43,357 bases of DNA from Nitrososphaeraceae archaeon (GTDB lineage: Archaea; Thermoproteota; Nitrososphaeria; Nitrososphaerales; Nitrososphaeraceae): assembly GCA_035639375.1 (NCBI GenBank), contig DASQYF010000008.1:1-43357 (forward strand), given 5' to 3'. This document shows positions 1 through 9,381 of the stretch, one piece after another; within the stretch, counting starts at the first letter, position 1, and each line of letters starts with the position of its first letter. Made by a program: the position numbers and the translations under genes. The notes under the pieces are model-generated. The model worked only from the letters and a program-made list of their open reading frames with translations. It was not told the DNA's origin and did not search any database.

Positions 1-1
1 A

Positions 2-1585
2 GGAAAGACAATAAGAGATGGGTTAGCGCAAGCTTCTGGTGTCACAAATGCAGATGGTGCTCTTGATTATGTAATTACAAATGCGGTTATCATGGATCCG
101 GTGCTAGGAATAGTTAAAGCTGACATTGGAATAAAGGATGGGAAAATAGCTGGAGTTGGAAAATCAGGCAACCCATATGTAATGGATAAAGTAAATACAA
201 AGATGATTGTTTCAGCATGCACTGAAGCTACAGCTGGCGAACACACTATATGTACCGCAGGACACTTTGATACACACGTTCACAATATATGCCCACAACA
301 GTACATAGATGCCATCAGCAATGGTATCTGCAACATGATAGGAGGAGGAACTGGTCCAGCAGATGGAACATGTGCAACGACCTGTACACCTGGAGTCTTT
401 AATATGAGCAGAATGTTGGAAGCGATCGAAGATACACCTATGAACTGGGGATTTTTAGGAAAGGGGAATGATTCTCATCCATCATTAGCAACCCAAATGG
501 AGCAGATAGAAGCAGGAGCATGCGGCCTCAAAGATCATGAAGACTGGGGAACAACTAATGCAGTATTAGATGCTTCTCTAAAAGCAGTAGACGCTACTGA
601 TACACAGCTAGCCATTCATACAGATTCAATAAATGAATGCGCCTACGTAGAAGATACTATAAATGCTATTGATGGTAGAACATTGCATACATATCACACA
701 GAAGGCGCAGGTGGTGGTCATGCACCAGATATTATGAAGATTGCTGGAGAACAATTCGCTCTGCCATCTTCAACCAATCCAACCAGACCATACACTGTAA
801 ATACAGTAGATGAGCATCTTGACATGTTGATGTTCTGTCATCATCTTAACCCTGCAGTTCCGGAGGATGTCGCATTTGCAGAGTCAAGGATAAGAGCTGA
901 AACTATTGCTGGAGAAGACGTTTTACATGATGAAGGAGTGATAAGTATGTATTCATCGGACAGTCAAGCAATGGGCAGAATAGGCGAGGTAGTAATACGC
1001 GCATGGCAGACTGCAGACAAAATGAAGAAGATGAAGGGAAGATACAAAGAGGAGACAGGCGATAACGATAATTTCAGAGCAAAAAGATACATTGCAAAGA
1101 CAACAATTAATCCTGCAATAACACACGGTGTTTCAGACTATCTAGGATCTCTTGAAGTAGGTAAATATGCAGATATAGTTATGTATCCAATGGCATTCTT
1201 CCCTGCAAAGCCTAAGATGGTATTTAAAGGAGGATTCATAGCATGGTCAATCATGGGAGATCCAAATGCATCTCTTCCAACTCCAGAGCCAGTCTACTAT
1301 AGACCAATGTTTGGAGCATTAGGAAGGGCAGTAAAGAACACATCATTCACTTTTATGGCAAAGAAAGCCATAGAATTAGGAGTCCCCGAGAAATTAGGAT
1401 TGGAAAAAGTGATTCTCCCTGTTAAGAATTGCAGAAGTATTGGCAAACAAGATATGATGTGGAACGACAAGACTCCTGAGATAACAATAGATCCAGAGAC
1501 ATATGAAGTAAAATTAGACGGACAAATTGCAACCGTAGATCCTGCAAAGGAACTCTCATCAGCACAAAGGTACTTTATGGCATAG
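2..1585 (+). CDS. ureC: Urease alpha (catalytic) subunit, 5'-truncated by the window edge
   Basis: The frame is open from nt 2 ([13 protein letters not shown]... precedes the first Met at 92), so the gene starts upstream. Urease alpha hallmarks are visible: [14 protein letters not shown] (HxH Ni ligands), GLKDHEDWG (carbamyl-Lys context), [42 protein letters not shown]. Confidence 0.97.
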   Translation, partial: GKTIRDGLAQASGVTNADGALDYVITNAVIMDPVLGIVKADIGIKDGKIAGVGKSGNPYVMDKVNTKMIVSACTEATAGEHTICTAGHFDTHVHNICPQQYIDAISNGICNMIGGGTGPADGTCATTCTPGVFNMSRMLEAIEDTPMNWGFLGKGNDSHPSLATQMEQIEAGACGLKDHEDWGTTNAVLDASLKAVDATDTQLAIHTDSINECAYVEDTINAIDGRTLHTYHTEGAGGGHAPDIMKIAGEQFALPSSTNPTRPYTVNTVDEHLDMLMFCHHLNPAVPEDVAFAESRIRAETIAGEDVLHDEGVISMYSSDSQAMGRIGEVVIRAWQTADKMKKMKGRYKEETGDNDNFRAKRYIAKTTINPAITHGVSDYLGSLEVGKYADIVMYPMAFFPAKPKMVFKGGFIAWSIMGDPNASLPTPEPVYYRPMFGALGRAVKNTSFTFMAKKAIELGVPEKLGLEKVILPVKNCRSIGKQDMMWNDKTPEITIDPETYEVKLDGQIATVDPAKELSSAQRYFMA

Positions 1586-1658
1586 CAGTTTAACAACCGG
1601 AGTAGTAGTAGTAATAATAGCAAACAACGGCCACAGCATCAACTATGGCTGGAAAATT

Positions 1659-1680
1659 CTTTTATTTTTTTATTCTTTTT
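1659..1680 (+). terminator. Oligo-T tract downstream of ureC (candidate archaeal intrinsic terminator)
   Basis: The run ttcttttatttttttattcttttt lies about 75 nt after the ureC stop. Archaeal RNAP terminates at T-runs. No experimental support. Confidence 0.3.
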
Positions 1681-1696
1681 GATATATCTTTATTTT
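1681..1696 (+). promoter_or_regulatory. TATA-like element upstream of the thermosome-paralogue gene
   Basis: gatatatctttatttt is centred about 34 nt upstream of the ATG at 1722. The spacing fits an archaeal TATA box with a very short 5' UTR. Confidence 0.3.
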
Positions 1697-1721
1697 GATC
1701 TGTATCAGAGAATAATGTCTA

Positions 1722-3278
1722 ATGTCAAATCCTAATTATGGTGTGTGGAGGCCTATGGCTGAGAACATTGAGTTCAATGCATTAGAGTCCAATTCCAATG
1801 CAGTGATGACTGTGGCGGACACTGTAAGAACTACCCTAGGACCTAAGGGATTAGATAAGCTACTAATAGATCAAGCTATGAATAGACATGTTTCAAATGA
1901 CGGTGTAACAATCTTGCTCTCCCTAAGGGCTATACATCCAGTTGCAAGAATGATTGTAGAAATAGCTGAAAGACAAGAGCAATTAGTTGGTGATGGAACT
2001 ACAACTGCAGTAGTAATGGCAGCTGAAATGATAAAGGAAGGCAAGAGACTCATCAAGGAACTAGGTGTTCATCCAACAAAAGTTGTAGAAGGTATAGAGA
2101 GTGGAGTCAATCATGCATGTCAGCTTTTGGAAAAAGAGGCCAATAAGATTACGCTAAATGACATTGAATTAGAACAGATAATCAAGACATCTCTATCATC
2201 AAAGCTCGACGGAGAAAAACTCTCTTCATTAGTAATTGCAGCACTGAGGTCCGTAGGAAAAAATGCAATGTATAATGGCTCCTATAATTTTGATAAGGCG
2301 ATCATGGTTATTAGAAGAACCAATATGGAGGATAGGACCATCAATGGCATAGTCCTAGAAAGAAAAAGAATGGATCCCGAGATGCCTTTAGAAATAAAAG
2401 AATCAAGGATCCTGATTGCGAAATTAGATTTAAAACCTGTTAAAGAATCTTGGCTTAAAGACAACAGTAAATATGAAGAAATACTTAGCATGGAAAATGA
2501 TAGGGTTATCAAATCAAAAGAAATAGTAGATGCCATGCTAGCAACTAGTGCAAATACCATCTTGATTGCGTCACCTGAAGTAGATCAGGTTATAGAGGAT
2601 CTTCTTGTAGCAAGAAAGGTATTTGCCGTCCGTATATCTACAGAAGAAATTGAATATCTGTCGCGATATACTGGAGCTAAGGCTATAAGAACGATTGAAG
2701 ATCTAAAAAAAACAGATATTTTAGGTAAAGCAGGTCATATATATGAAGATGAAGATAATGGGGTAATATACATAGAGAATGGTTTGGGTAGAAATATGGT
2801 TACAATGATTGTATCTGGTACAACTAAAGAGACATCTCTTGAGCGATGGAGGGCTGCTATAGATGGCGTAAATGCTGCCGAAGCGGCTCTGAATAAAGGA
2901 GTTGTTGCCGGCGGAGGCTCTGCAGAATTGCATGTCATAGAGAAAGTAAATAATTTGAGATTGAAGGGTCTTGAACAAGTTGGCCTAGAGGTTGTCACTT
3001 CAGCTTTAGAAAGCATTATGCGTCAAATACTAACAAATGCAGGCTATAATGGATTAGAAAAGGTTATGGCAGCAAAAGCATCGCCTAGTGGTTTTGGTAT
3101 TGATATTGATTCAGGCGAAGTAGTAGATATGTGGAAAAAGGGTGTGCTTGATCCTTTATTGGTTAAGACGATGGCTCTTCAGGCTGCAGGAGAGATATCT
3201 AAATCTGTTTTAAGAATAGATAAAAACCTGGCAGCAGAAGATCTGAGTCATCAGGCAGTATCAGAGGTAAAAAGGTGA
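1722..3278 (+). CDS. Group II chaperonin (thermosome/CCT family), divergent short paralogue
   Basis: 518 aa. Motifs present: [29 protein letters not shown] (ATP site), [19 protein letters not shown]. Overall architecture matches a thermosome, including the apical insertion region. It lacks the usual Gly/Met-rich C-terminal tail. Confidence 0.9.
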   Translation: MSNPNYGVWRPMAENIEFNALESNSNAVMTVADTVRTTLGPKGLDKLLIDQAMNRHVSNDGVTILLSLRAIHPVARMIVEIAERQEQLVGDGTTTAVVMAAEMIKEGKRLIKELGVHPTKVVEGIESGVNHACQLLEKEANKITLNDIELEQIIKTSLSSKLDGEKLSSLVIAALRSVGKNAMYNGSYNFDKAIMVIRRTNMEDRTINGIVLERKRMDPEMPLEIKESRILIAKLDLKPVKESWLKDNSKYEEILSMENDRVIKSKEIVDAMLATSANTILIASPEVDQVIEDLLVARKVFAVRISTEEIEYLSRYTGAKAIRTIEDLKKTDILGKAGHIYEDEDNGVIYIENGLGRNMVTMIVSGTTKETSLERWRAAIDGVNAAEAALNKGVVAGGGSAELHVIEKVNNLRLKGLEQVGLEVVTSALESIMRQILTNAGYNGLEKVMAAKASPSGFGIDIDSGEVVDMWKKGVLDPLLVKTMALQAAGEISKSVLRIDKNLAAEDLSHQAVSEVKR

Positions 3279-3290
3279 TTAGATACAATA

Positions 3291-3671
3291 ATGTTGATTC
3301 GTCATTGTGTTGAGGAGTCTAATGTTGACGAGAACTTGATCGTAATTGATCCAGCGAAAATAAGACATGGAGTCATTGCGGCAGGTAAACTTCAATCGAT
3401 GTCTGGACTCATTGATCCTGCTTCACATCTTAATCTTGATTACCCAGATCATAAGATTACAAATTGCATCATTGTTGAAAAATTTGAAAATGGCGCTAAG
3501 GTTAGATTAGGAGATCGAGGGCTTGTTTTTGCGTTCGTTGACAGATCGTCCTTTGATCATTTTGGTTTCGTTGATTATACTCAAAGATTGTCAGATATGA
3601 TTAAGAGAGTAAAAAGGATTCGTCGATCGAGATCGACAATTAAAAGAACTAGGAAAAAGGATAGAAATTGA
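3291..3671 (+). CDS. Hypothetical protein with Arg/Lys-rich C-terminal tail
   Basis: 126-aa ORF starting 12 nt after the chaperonin stop. Its TGA overlaps the TTG start of ureE (ATTGA). Tail sequence is KRVKRIRRSRSTIKRTRKKDRN. The segment IIVEKFENGAKVRLGDRGLVFAFVDRSS weakly resembles an S1/OB-fold strand pattern. No confident family. Confidence 0.55.
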   Translation: MLIRHCVEESNVDENLIVIDPAKIRHGVIAAGKLQSMSGLIDPASHLNLDYPDHKITNCIIVEKFENGAKVRLGDRGLVFAFVDRSSFDHFGFVDYTQRLSDMIKRVKRIRRSRSTIKRTRKKDRN

Positions 3672-4183
3672 TAACTATTAATTCGGTAATTGGAAATATA
3701 AACAAGAATACCAGTCTTAACGAAAAATATATGGAGATGTCTCATAAGAAAGTTTGTGAAGTAATTAAAATCAGCAGATTAGAGTCACAGAGAGTTAGGA
3801 TGAGAAAGACATCTAATAAAGGAACTGATATTGCTCTGATCCTTCCACAGGGAACACAACTAAGACATGGCGATGTTATTATGATAACAGAAGAGAAGAT
3901 GGTAATAGTGGAAATGGAACCAGAGAATGTGGCGGTGATCGAGATTAAAGATGACATCCGCAACCACGATATCATTGACGTACCAGTAAAAGTTGGTCAT
4001 ACAATAGGAAACCTACATCGTCCTCTAAAATTAGAGGGAAATAAAATTTACTTTCCAATTCAAGCCGATAGTGAATTGGAAATATTCAGGAAGCTTTTTG
4101 CACCAATAGCCGAACATCTAAAAATTAATAACACAAATATGGTCTTTGAACCTGAAGAGGGCACGGAAATACATGAGCATTGA
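3668..4183 (+). CDS. ureE: Urease accessory protein UreE (Ni metallochaperone)
   Basis: GHTIGNLHRPLKLEGNKIYF matches the UreE 'LGNRHxPxQ' core. Position is between ureC and ureF. Only a minimal His motif at the C-terminus (..EIHEH). The start is uncertain: TTG at 3668 or ATG at 3731. Confidence 0.85.
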   Translation: MITINSVIGNINKNTSLNEKYMEMSHKKVCEVIKISRLESQRVRMRKTSNKGTDIALILPQGTQLRHGDVIMITEEKMVIVEMEPENVAVIEIKDDIRNHDIIDVPVKVGHTIGNLHRPLKLEGNKIYFPIQADSELEIFRKLFAPIAEHLKINNTNMVFEPEEGTEIHEH

Positions 4184-4877
4184 CAAGATGGACATGCAAG
4201 AAATAAGTATACTACAGCTTTCTGATTCTTTTTTTCCAACCGGTATGTATACTACTTCAAACGGTCTTGAAACGTTATTTTATAGCAAGAAGATAAATAA
4301 TGCAAATGAATTGCGTGATCTGATAAAGGTATATGTAGAGCACCAAATTGGTCCGGCAGATTGTACTGCCCTAGGAAATGCCTATGAATGTGCTGATAAA
4401 TCAGATTTATCTAAATTGTTAAAAGTAGATCAAATAATATATGCAATGAAACTTGTTAAAGAAATAAGAGACGCTTCTACTAGATCAGGCACCCAGCTTT
4501 TAAGATGCTTAACTTCATTCATAACAGATAATGAATTAATGAATCAATATCAACAGGCAATAAAACAAGGACAAGCTGCAGGAGTATATTCTACTGTAAT
4601 GGCAGTTGCAAGTAACGCTTTAAAGATACCAAAGCAAAAAGCTGCTATTATGATGCTTTACACTTTTTCAGTAAGCATAGTTGGAGCAGCCTTAAGATTA
4701 GGGATGTTACAGCATTTTGAAGGCCAGAGAATCATTCATGAATTAAAACCTACTATTTTGAATACCATGATAAACAACATTGATAGACCGTTAATAAGTA
4801 TGTGGCAGTTTGCTCCAGAAATAGATATTATTCAGATTTCACATGAAAAATTGGATTCAAAAATGTTTATTACTTGA
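4173..4877 (+). CDS. ureF: Urease accessory protein UreF
   Basis: LQLSDSFFPTGMYTTSNGLE is the typical UreF N-terminal motif. I prefer the ATG at 4173, which overlaps the ureE end by 11 nt, over the TTG at 4146 used by the ORF track. Confidence 0.88.
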   Translation: MSIDKMDMQEISILQLSDSFFPTGMYTTSNGLETLFYSKKINNANELRDLIKVYVEHQIGPADCTALGNAYECADKSDLSKLLKVDQIIYAMKLVKEIRDASTRSGTQLLRCLTSFITDNELMNQYQQAIKQGQAAGVYSTVMAVASNALKIPKQKAAIMMLYTFSVSIVGAALRLGMLQHFEGQRIIHELKPTILNTMINNIDRPLISMWQFAPEIDIIQISHEKLDSKMFIT

Positions 4878-4895
4878 TCGCACAGTACTTTTTGC

Positions 4896-5549
4896 ATGAG
4901 TGCTAAACGAATTCCTAGAGTAGGAATTGGAGGTCCTGTTGGTTCAGGAAAGACCATGCTTATAGAGCAAGTCGTTCCTATACTTTCATCTAGAGGTTAT
5001 AGGGCAGGTATAATTTCAAATGATGTAGTCTCTCGAGAGGATGCAGATAGAATGAGACAAAATTTAGCAACACAAAAGGGCTTGATGGCAGAAGATTTAG
5101 TAATCGGATTAGCAACAGGAGGATGTCCTCATACAGCTATACGTGAAGATCCATCAATGAATATATCAGTGGTAGAGGAAATGGAAGAAAAAAATAATTA
5201 TCTCGATTTGATTATAATTGAAAGTGGAGGAGACAATATTACAACCACATTTAGCCCTGCACTAGCTGATTATTTTATCTATATCATAGATGTCTCTGGC
5301 GGCGATAAATATCCAAGAAAAAGGGGCCTCGGCATAGAAAGCTGCGACCTCCTGGTAATAAATAAGATTGATATTGCACCTCATGTTGGCGCAGATCTTG
5401 GGATCATGGAAAGAGATGCTAAAGACGTAAGGGGAATAAAGCCTTATGTCTTTGTGAACTGTAAAACAGGTCAAGGAGTCAAAGAAGTAACAGAGCACAT
5501 AATAAGAGATGTTCTCTTTGAGTCTCCTCCAAAGGCTATTGCAAAATGA
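4896..5549 (+). CDS. ureG: Urease accessory GTPase UreG
   Basis: P-loop GIGGPVGSGKT, metal-binding GGCPHTAIRED, ESGGDN, and NKIDI (NKxD). Confidence 0.97.
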   Translation: MSAKRIPRVGIGGPVGSGKTMLIEQVVPILSSRGYRAGIISNDVVSREDADRMRQNLATQKGLMAEDLVIGLATGGCPHTAIREDPSMNISVVEEMEEKNNYLDLIIIESGGDNITTTFSPALADYFIYIIDVSGGDKYPRKRGLGIESCDLLVINKIDIAPHVGADLGIMERDAKDVRGIKPYVFVNCKTGQGVKEVTEHIIRDVLFESPPKAIAK

Positions 5550-5576
5550 CAAGGTCGTCGTCGTAATAATACATTA

Positions 5577-6506
5577 ATGAACAATTTAGAATTTTATGTT
5601 CCGGTAGATATACCACCGGAAGTATTAGTATACGAATCAAAATTAAAACAACTTGAAGTAGGAAAAGCAGGAAAACTAGGCGCCTTGGTATTACGATTAG
5701 AGAAAGATCCGGAAGTAGGAAAAACCGTTGTCAAAGAACAATATTCAAAGGTCCCTCTGTTCACCCAGAGAGCACTATACCTTGAAGAGTCCATACCTTC
5801 GATGGCATACATTTACATAATATCTCCTTCAGGAGGCATTCTTCAGGGAGATAGATACAGGATGGATATAAAATTGAAGAATAACGCATATGCCCATATA
5901 ACAACACAAGGCGCAACAAGAGTTTATAGAATGGAAAATAATTATGCCACACAGATAGTGAATGTTGATGTAGATGATGGCTGTTATTTTGAATTTATTC
6001 CCGACCAAATAATTCCTTATAGGAACTCTCGTTTTTACCAGACGGTTAACTTGAATGTTCATGATAATGCAACCATGGTCTATTCTGAAATCATAGTACC
6101 AGGCAGGGTGGCCACTGGAGAATCATTTGAATATGATATTTGTTATATGAAAGCTTTGGCAAAGAATCAAAAGGAGATATTAAGATTCATAGATATTGCA
6201 ATATTAGAACCTAAGAAACGCAACTTGAAAACACTTGGAATACTTGGCACTTTCAGTGTTGTTGGAACAATGTACATACTTACAATGGCAAAATATGTGG
6301 CAGAATTAAATGAAGCGATAAATTCGAGTATGCAGAAGTTTTTCAAGATTTCAGGAGGAGCGACAATCCTTCCTTATAATTCTGGCATCATAGTAAGAAT
6401 GCTTGGTAGTGTGGCTGCCGATCTTAGAACTGCTATCTATGAAGTAATTAAAATTATAAGAAAGATTATACTTAATGCCTCCTTTACCGGAGTAAGAAAG
6501 GGCTAG
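5577..6506 (+). CDS. ureD: Urease accessory protein UreD/UreH
   Basis: 309 aa. The PSGGILQGDRY motif and the last position in the ure accessory block fit UreD. Confidence 0.85.
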   Translation: MNNLEFYVPVDIPPEVLVYESKLKQLEVGKAGKLGALVLRLEKDPEVGKTVVKEQYSKVPLFTQRALYLEESIPSMAYIYIISPSGGILQGDRYRMDIKLKNNAYAHITTQGATRVYRMENNYATQIVNVDVDDGCYFEFIPDQIIPYRNSRFYQTVNLNVHDNATMVYSEIIVPGRVATGESFEYDICYMKALAKNQKEILRFIDIAILEPKKRNLKTLGILGTFSVVGTMYILTMAKYVAELNEAINSSMQKFFKISGGATILPYNSGIIVRMLGSVAADLRTAIYEVIKIIRKIILNASFTGVRKG

Positions 6507-6545
6507 CATAAAATCAATTACTTTTGAAAACAGCCATTTTTATAT

Positions 6546-6752
6546 TCATCGTCTGCCAGTAATCCAGAATTCTGTTACTTTTATTTTGTGTCCCATATGA
6601 TCGCGATGCATATTGGCAGTCCATAATACATCAAATACTTCATTACAATCTTCACACCAGGCAGTGAAGTTTTTTCTATGTTTGTCAAATGCGTTCATAG
6701 TTTGTTTGTTATAACGAAATTTCATATAAAAGCTTGCACTCAAACAGAGCAA
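6546..6752 (-). CDS. Small C2H2-type zinc-finger-like protein (start uncertain)
   Basis: WCEDCNEVFDVLWTANMHRDHMGH gives C-x2-C-x12-H-x3-H spacing. The track start at 6752 is TTG. In-frame ATGs at 6725 and 6698 would give 59- or 50-aa products. Convergent with ureD. Confidence 0.4.
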   Translation of the reverse strand: MLCLSASFYMKFRYNKQTMNAFDKHRKNFTAWCEDCNEVFDVLWTANMHRDHMGHKIKVTEFWITGRR

Positions 6753-7122
6753 ATAGTATCTAAAAATTTAAGCCAAGCAGAAACAAGAAAGAATATCTAT
6801 GGCTGATTCTAGAGACAAGCATTATATATTATTATAATTTCTAGAGCACAGGTCAATTTAGGCAGTTAGAATAAAGGATCAAAGGAGCAAAAGAATAAAA
6901 TTAGTAACTTCACTGTACATTAATAATAATCATTCATATTATTAATCCATTATCTCAATTAGCTCTTATATTTTTTTGACTAATTCTGTACTACCATACT
7001 TTCCTCTATATCATTTCTTTTCTAATTCTACAAGCAGTTCTTTCTTATTGAGCTGTATCTATTCAAACTCTCGTTAGATTAGCTGCTAATTCTCTTAGAG
7101 TTTCTGCAGAAGGGCAGCTAAA

Positions 7123-7245
7123 CTACGCTTCCATCCATTTATCTAGTATATATACTGCACCTTGACTTAATCCACAGGTTCTAGCAATGTCATTTCTAGG
7201 ATTGATCGAAAGTACAGAAATATTACTATATACTCTTATATCTCG
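7123..7245 (-). pseudogene. Remnant of a helix-turn-helix gene (transposase/regulator N-terminus), no start codon
   Basis: Minus-strand translation reads ...SINPRNDIARTCGLSQGAVYILDKWMEA*. It is bounded upstream by an in-frame TGA with no ATG. The IARxxGLSxxAVYxxL pattern is a classical HTH. The surrounding 1.3 kb is full of stops in all frames. Confidence 0.3.
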
Positions 7246-8030
7246 TCAGAAACTTTCTTAGTCAGATTTAGGAGAACTACTACAGTGGATATGCTTTTAA
7301 ATGTTTCATCGGTGCTGCAGGTCTGCGTGAAGGTCAGGTTGGTCATCTAAGCAGTCAAGTTAGTAGTCAAATTCGTCAAAGCAGAAAATATATCTTTAAC
7401 AGATAATTGTCAACGGATTAATTTTTTCCCATCTGGTGCACGCTACTTTGGCCATGACATAGCTTTATCAATAAACATTAGGTAGGGATTTGACAGGGAC
7501 ACATTGGTTATATCGATTTATATGGGCTGAGATTGACTCAAGTATGGACGCGATTTTCTTATTAGCATTGGGTACACGGATGAAGAAGAAGTAAGAGTCT
7601 AATCTGATAGATATATATCATTAGCAACGATAAGTAGATAACTGTATCCTCAGTGGTTATTTCATTCAGTGATTTCAACTGAGTCAACCTGAGACCCACT
7701 TTCTTACATAATTCATCAGACAAATCTAGTGTATCAGTTTCTATAATAATCAGTCGTTTACTATATAATGAGGCATTCATACTTGTAATAGAATTCTATT
7801 GGCATATGAAAAGTTCTTTTTTTCTAGAATTTAAATAAAGAAAAATTATTCATAGAAAGTTTATTCTCTTGTATTTGCCTTGCCCGACCTTTTTCTTAAT
7901 ACAATTTCTAAAACTCCGTTGTTAAATCTGGATTAACATTTCAAAATGTTCTTGTGCTAGATCACCATACTACAATCTATTTAAATATGTGAAATGCAAA
8001 GTATAATATCTCTTTCTTATAAAAGACAAA

Positions 8031-8369
8031 ATGCAAAGCTCAATAACATGTTCTCTATGTAATAGCCAAGATCAGACGGTCACAGATCCTGAATCGGGCG
8101 AGATAATTTGTAGAAGCTGTGGTCATGTGATATCAGAGAAAGCTTTAGAAACACAGGCAGAATGGCGTGCTTTTACTACTGATGAAGTAAATGATAGAAG
8201 TAGAACAGGAATGCCTACCTCTCTAGCTAGACATGATAAAGGACTTGCAACAATAATTGGAAGAGCAAATAAGGATGCTAGCGGACAAGTTTTAGATGCA
8301 GCTATGCGTACTACCATGGAAAGATTAAGGACATGGGACTTTAGAAGGACATACTCTGATTACAAATAA
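8031..8369 (+). CDS. Transcription factor B paralogue truncated to its N-terminal domain (Zn-ribbon + B-reader/linker), lacking cyclin-fold core
   Basis: CSLC-x16-CRSC zinc ribbon, then AEWRAF, RSRTGMPTSLARHDKGLATIIG, and RLRTWDFR. The stop follows at residue 112, where the first cyclin repeat of a full-length (about 300 aa) TFB would begin. Confidence 0.8.
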   Translation: MQSSITCSLCNSQDQTVTDPESGEIICRSCGHVISEKALETQAEWRAFTTDEVNDRSRTGMPTSLARHDKGLATIIGRANKDASGQVLDAAMRTTMERLRTWDFRRTYSDYK

Positions 8370-9381
8370 GAAATGGGATTCAAACTTCAAGCTCAAGGCT
8401 AAGAAGAATTTGCAACAAGATTGGCTGTAATTCACTATGATAACAGGAGTATAACAATAAAGCGTTACTTGTCGGTTGATGATTCTTCTGATAATTGAAG
8501 AAAATAGTTATAGTAAGTGAAAGGACTTTACTTGATAGCTAATGATATTATAACAATGATCTCAATGCCTGTTTATTTGAAATCCGGCTTTCAATATTGT
8601 AATATTTTCTTTCCTATAATATCACTCGTTAATATATTTGTTAAATCTTTAAATCTCTAGATCAACAGAGGAAACTAACCGATGCGATTTTGGATTAGAT
8701 ACGAATTAGAGCACGGATATTATAAAATCGTTTTCAATTAATTAAGCACAGATTTTGCACGTACTGTACCAGTAATAAAAAAACCTATTTTGTGAAATAT
8801 AAGTTTATTTGATATTAAATTTATGTTATTTGTGTAGAAGAGCAGTTATAGAATTAGCGAAGTATTAGAGAGGTAACTTACAAGATGTCGAGCAACAATC
8901 GTAAAAACAATTAATCAGAGAAAGCAAAAAAGATACATGATGTCATAATAATGTCGTTACAATATATAATGAAAAGGATTTGATTGTTATCATCTCATCC
9001 GCAGTCTATGATGAAGCGTTAGGAAATTGGCTGACCCAATAACAATGAGACTAAAGAAAGCTAAAGCAGACATAATTGTAAAATTTAGAATTACATAACA
9101 TAAGACATAGTATGAAACCTCAGATAAAGAACTTATTATCTCAAAAGTTAAGCCAAATATGCAGAAGGGACATCTGTTACGGTGTTAAGTATTTAGTTCT
9201 ATTGACACATATGTGGCTCAAGGTGGACATTATTGGACGTCATCAAGAACCTTATTGTTCTTGTCATAAGAAATATCCAGAAATTTAACAAGTTAATTAT
9301 TTGCATCCGCGTGAGTTTTTTTAATTGAACCTTTGTTCTATGTCCTAATGCCTGTTTCAATATATATTTAATATAGTTATA

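Noticed and set aside
1601-1620. Short trinucleotide microsatellites: (agt)4(aat)2 after ureC, and (gta)5 at about 13146-13162 encoding the TTTTT run in the coiled-coil protein.
   Set aside because: They are very short, with no evidence of function or phase variation. The second simply encodes low-complexity protein sequence.
7562-7780. 72-aa minus-strand ORF in the gene-poor region.
   Set aside because: The C-terminal half is low-complexity (LLLLL, IYIYQ) and no motif is present. It is probably a chance ORF or a decayed fragment.
8937-9034. Possible C/D-box sRNA: atgatgt at 8937, and atgatga at 9008 followed 16 nt later by ctga at 9031.
   Set aside because: Box spacing and number do not fit the compact archaeal C-D'-C'-D layout (about 12-nt guides, 50-60 nt total), and I could find no terminal stem. 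A similar tgatga...ctga near 8490 has only a 5-nt spacer.
9112-9288. 58-codon ORF (MKPQIKNLLSQKLSQICRRDICYG...CSCHKKYPEI) in the empty interval.
   Set aside because: It falls below the track threshold, has no motif support and no obvious promoter. It is kept only as a note within the finding on the interval.
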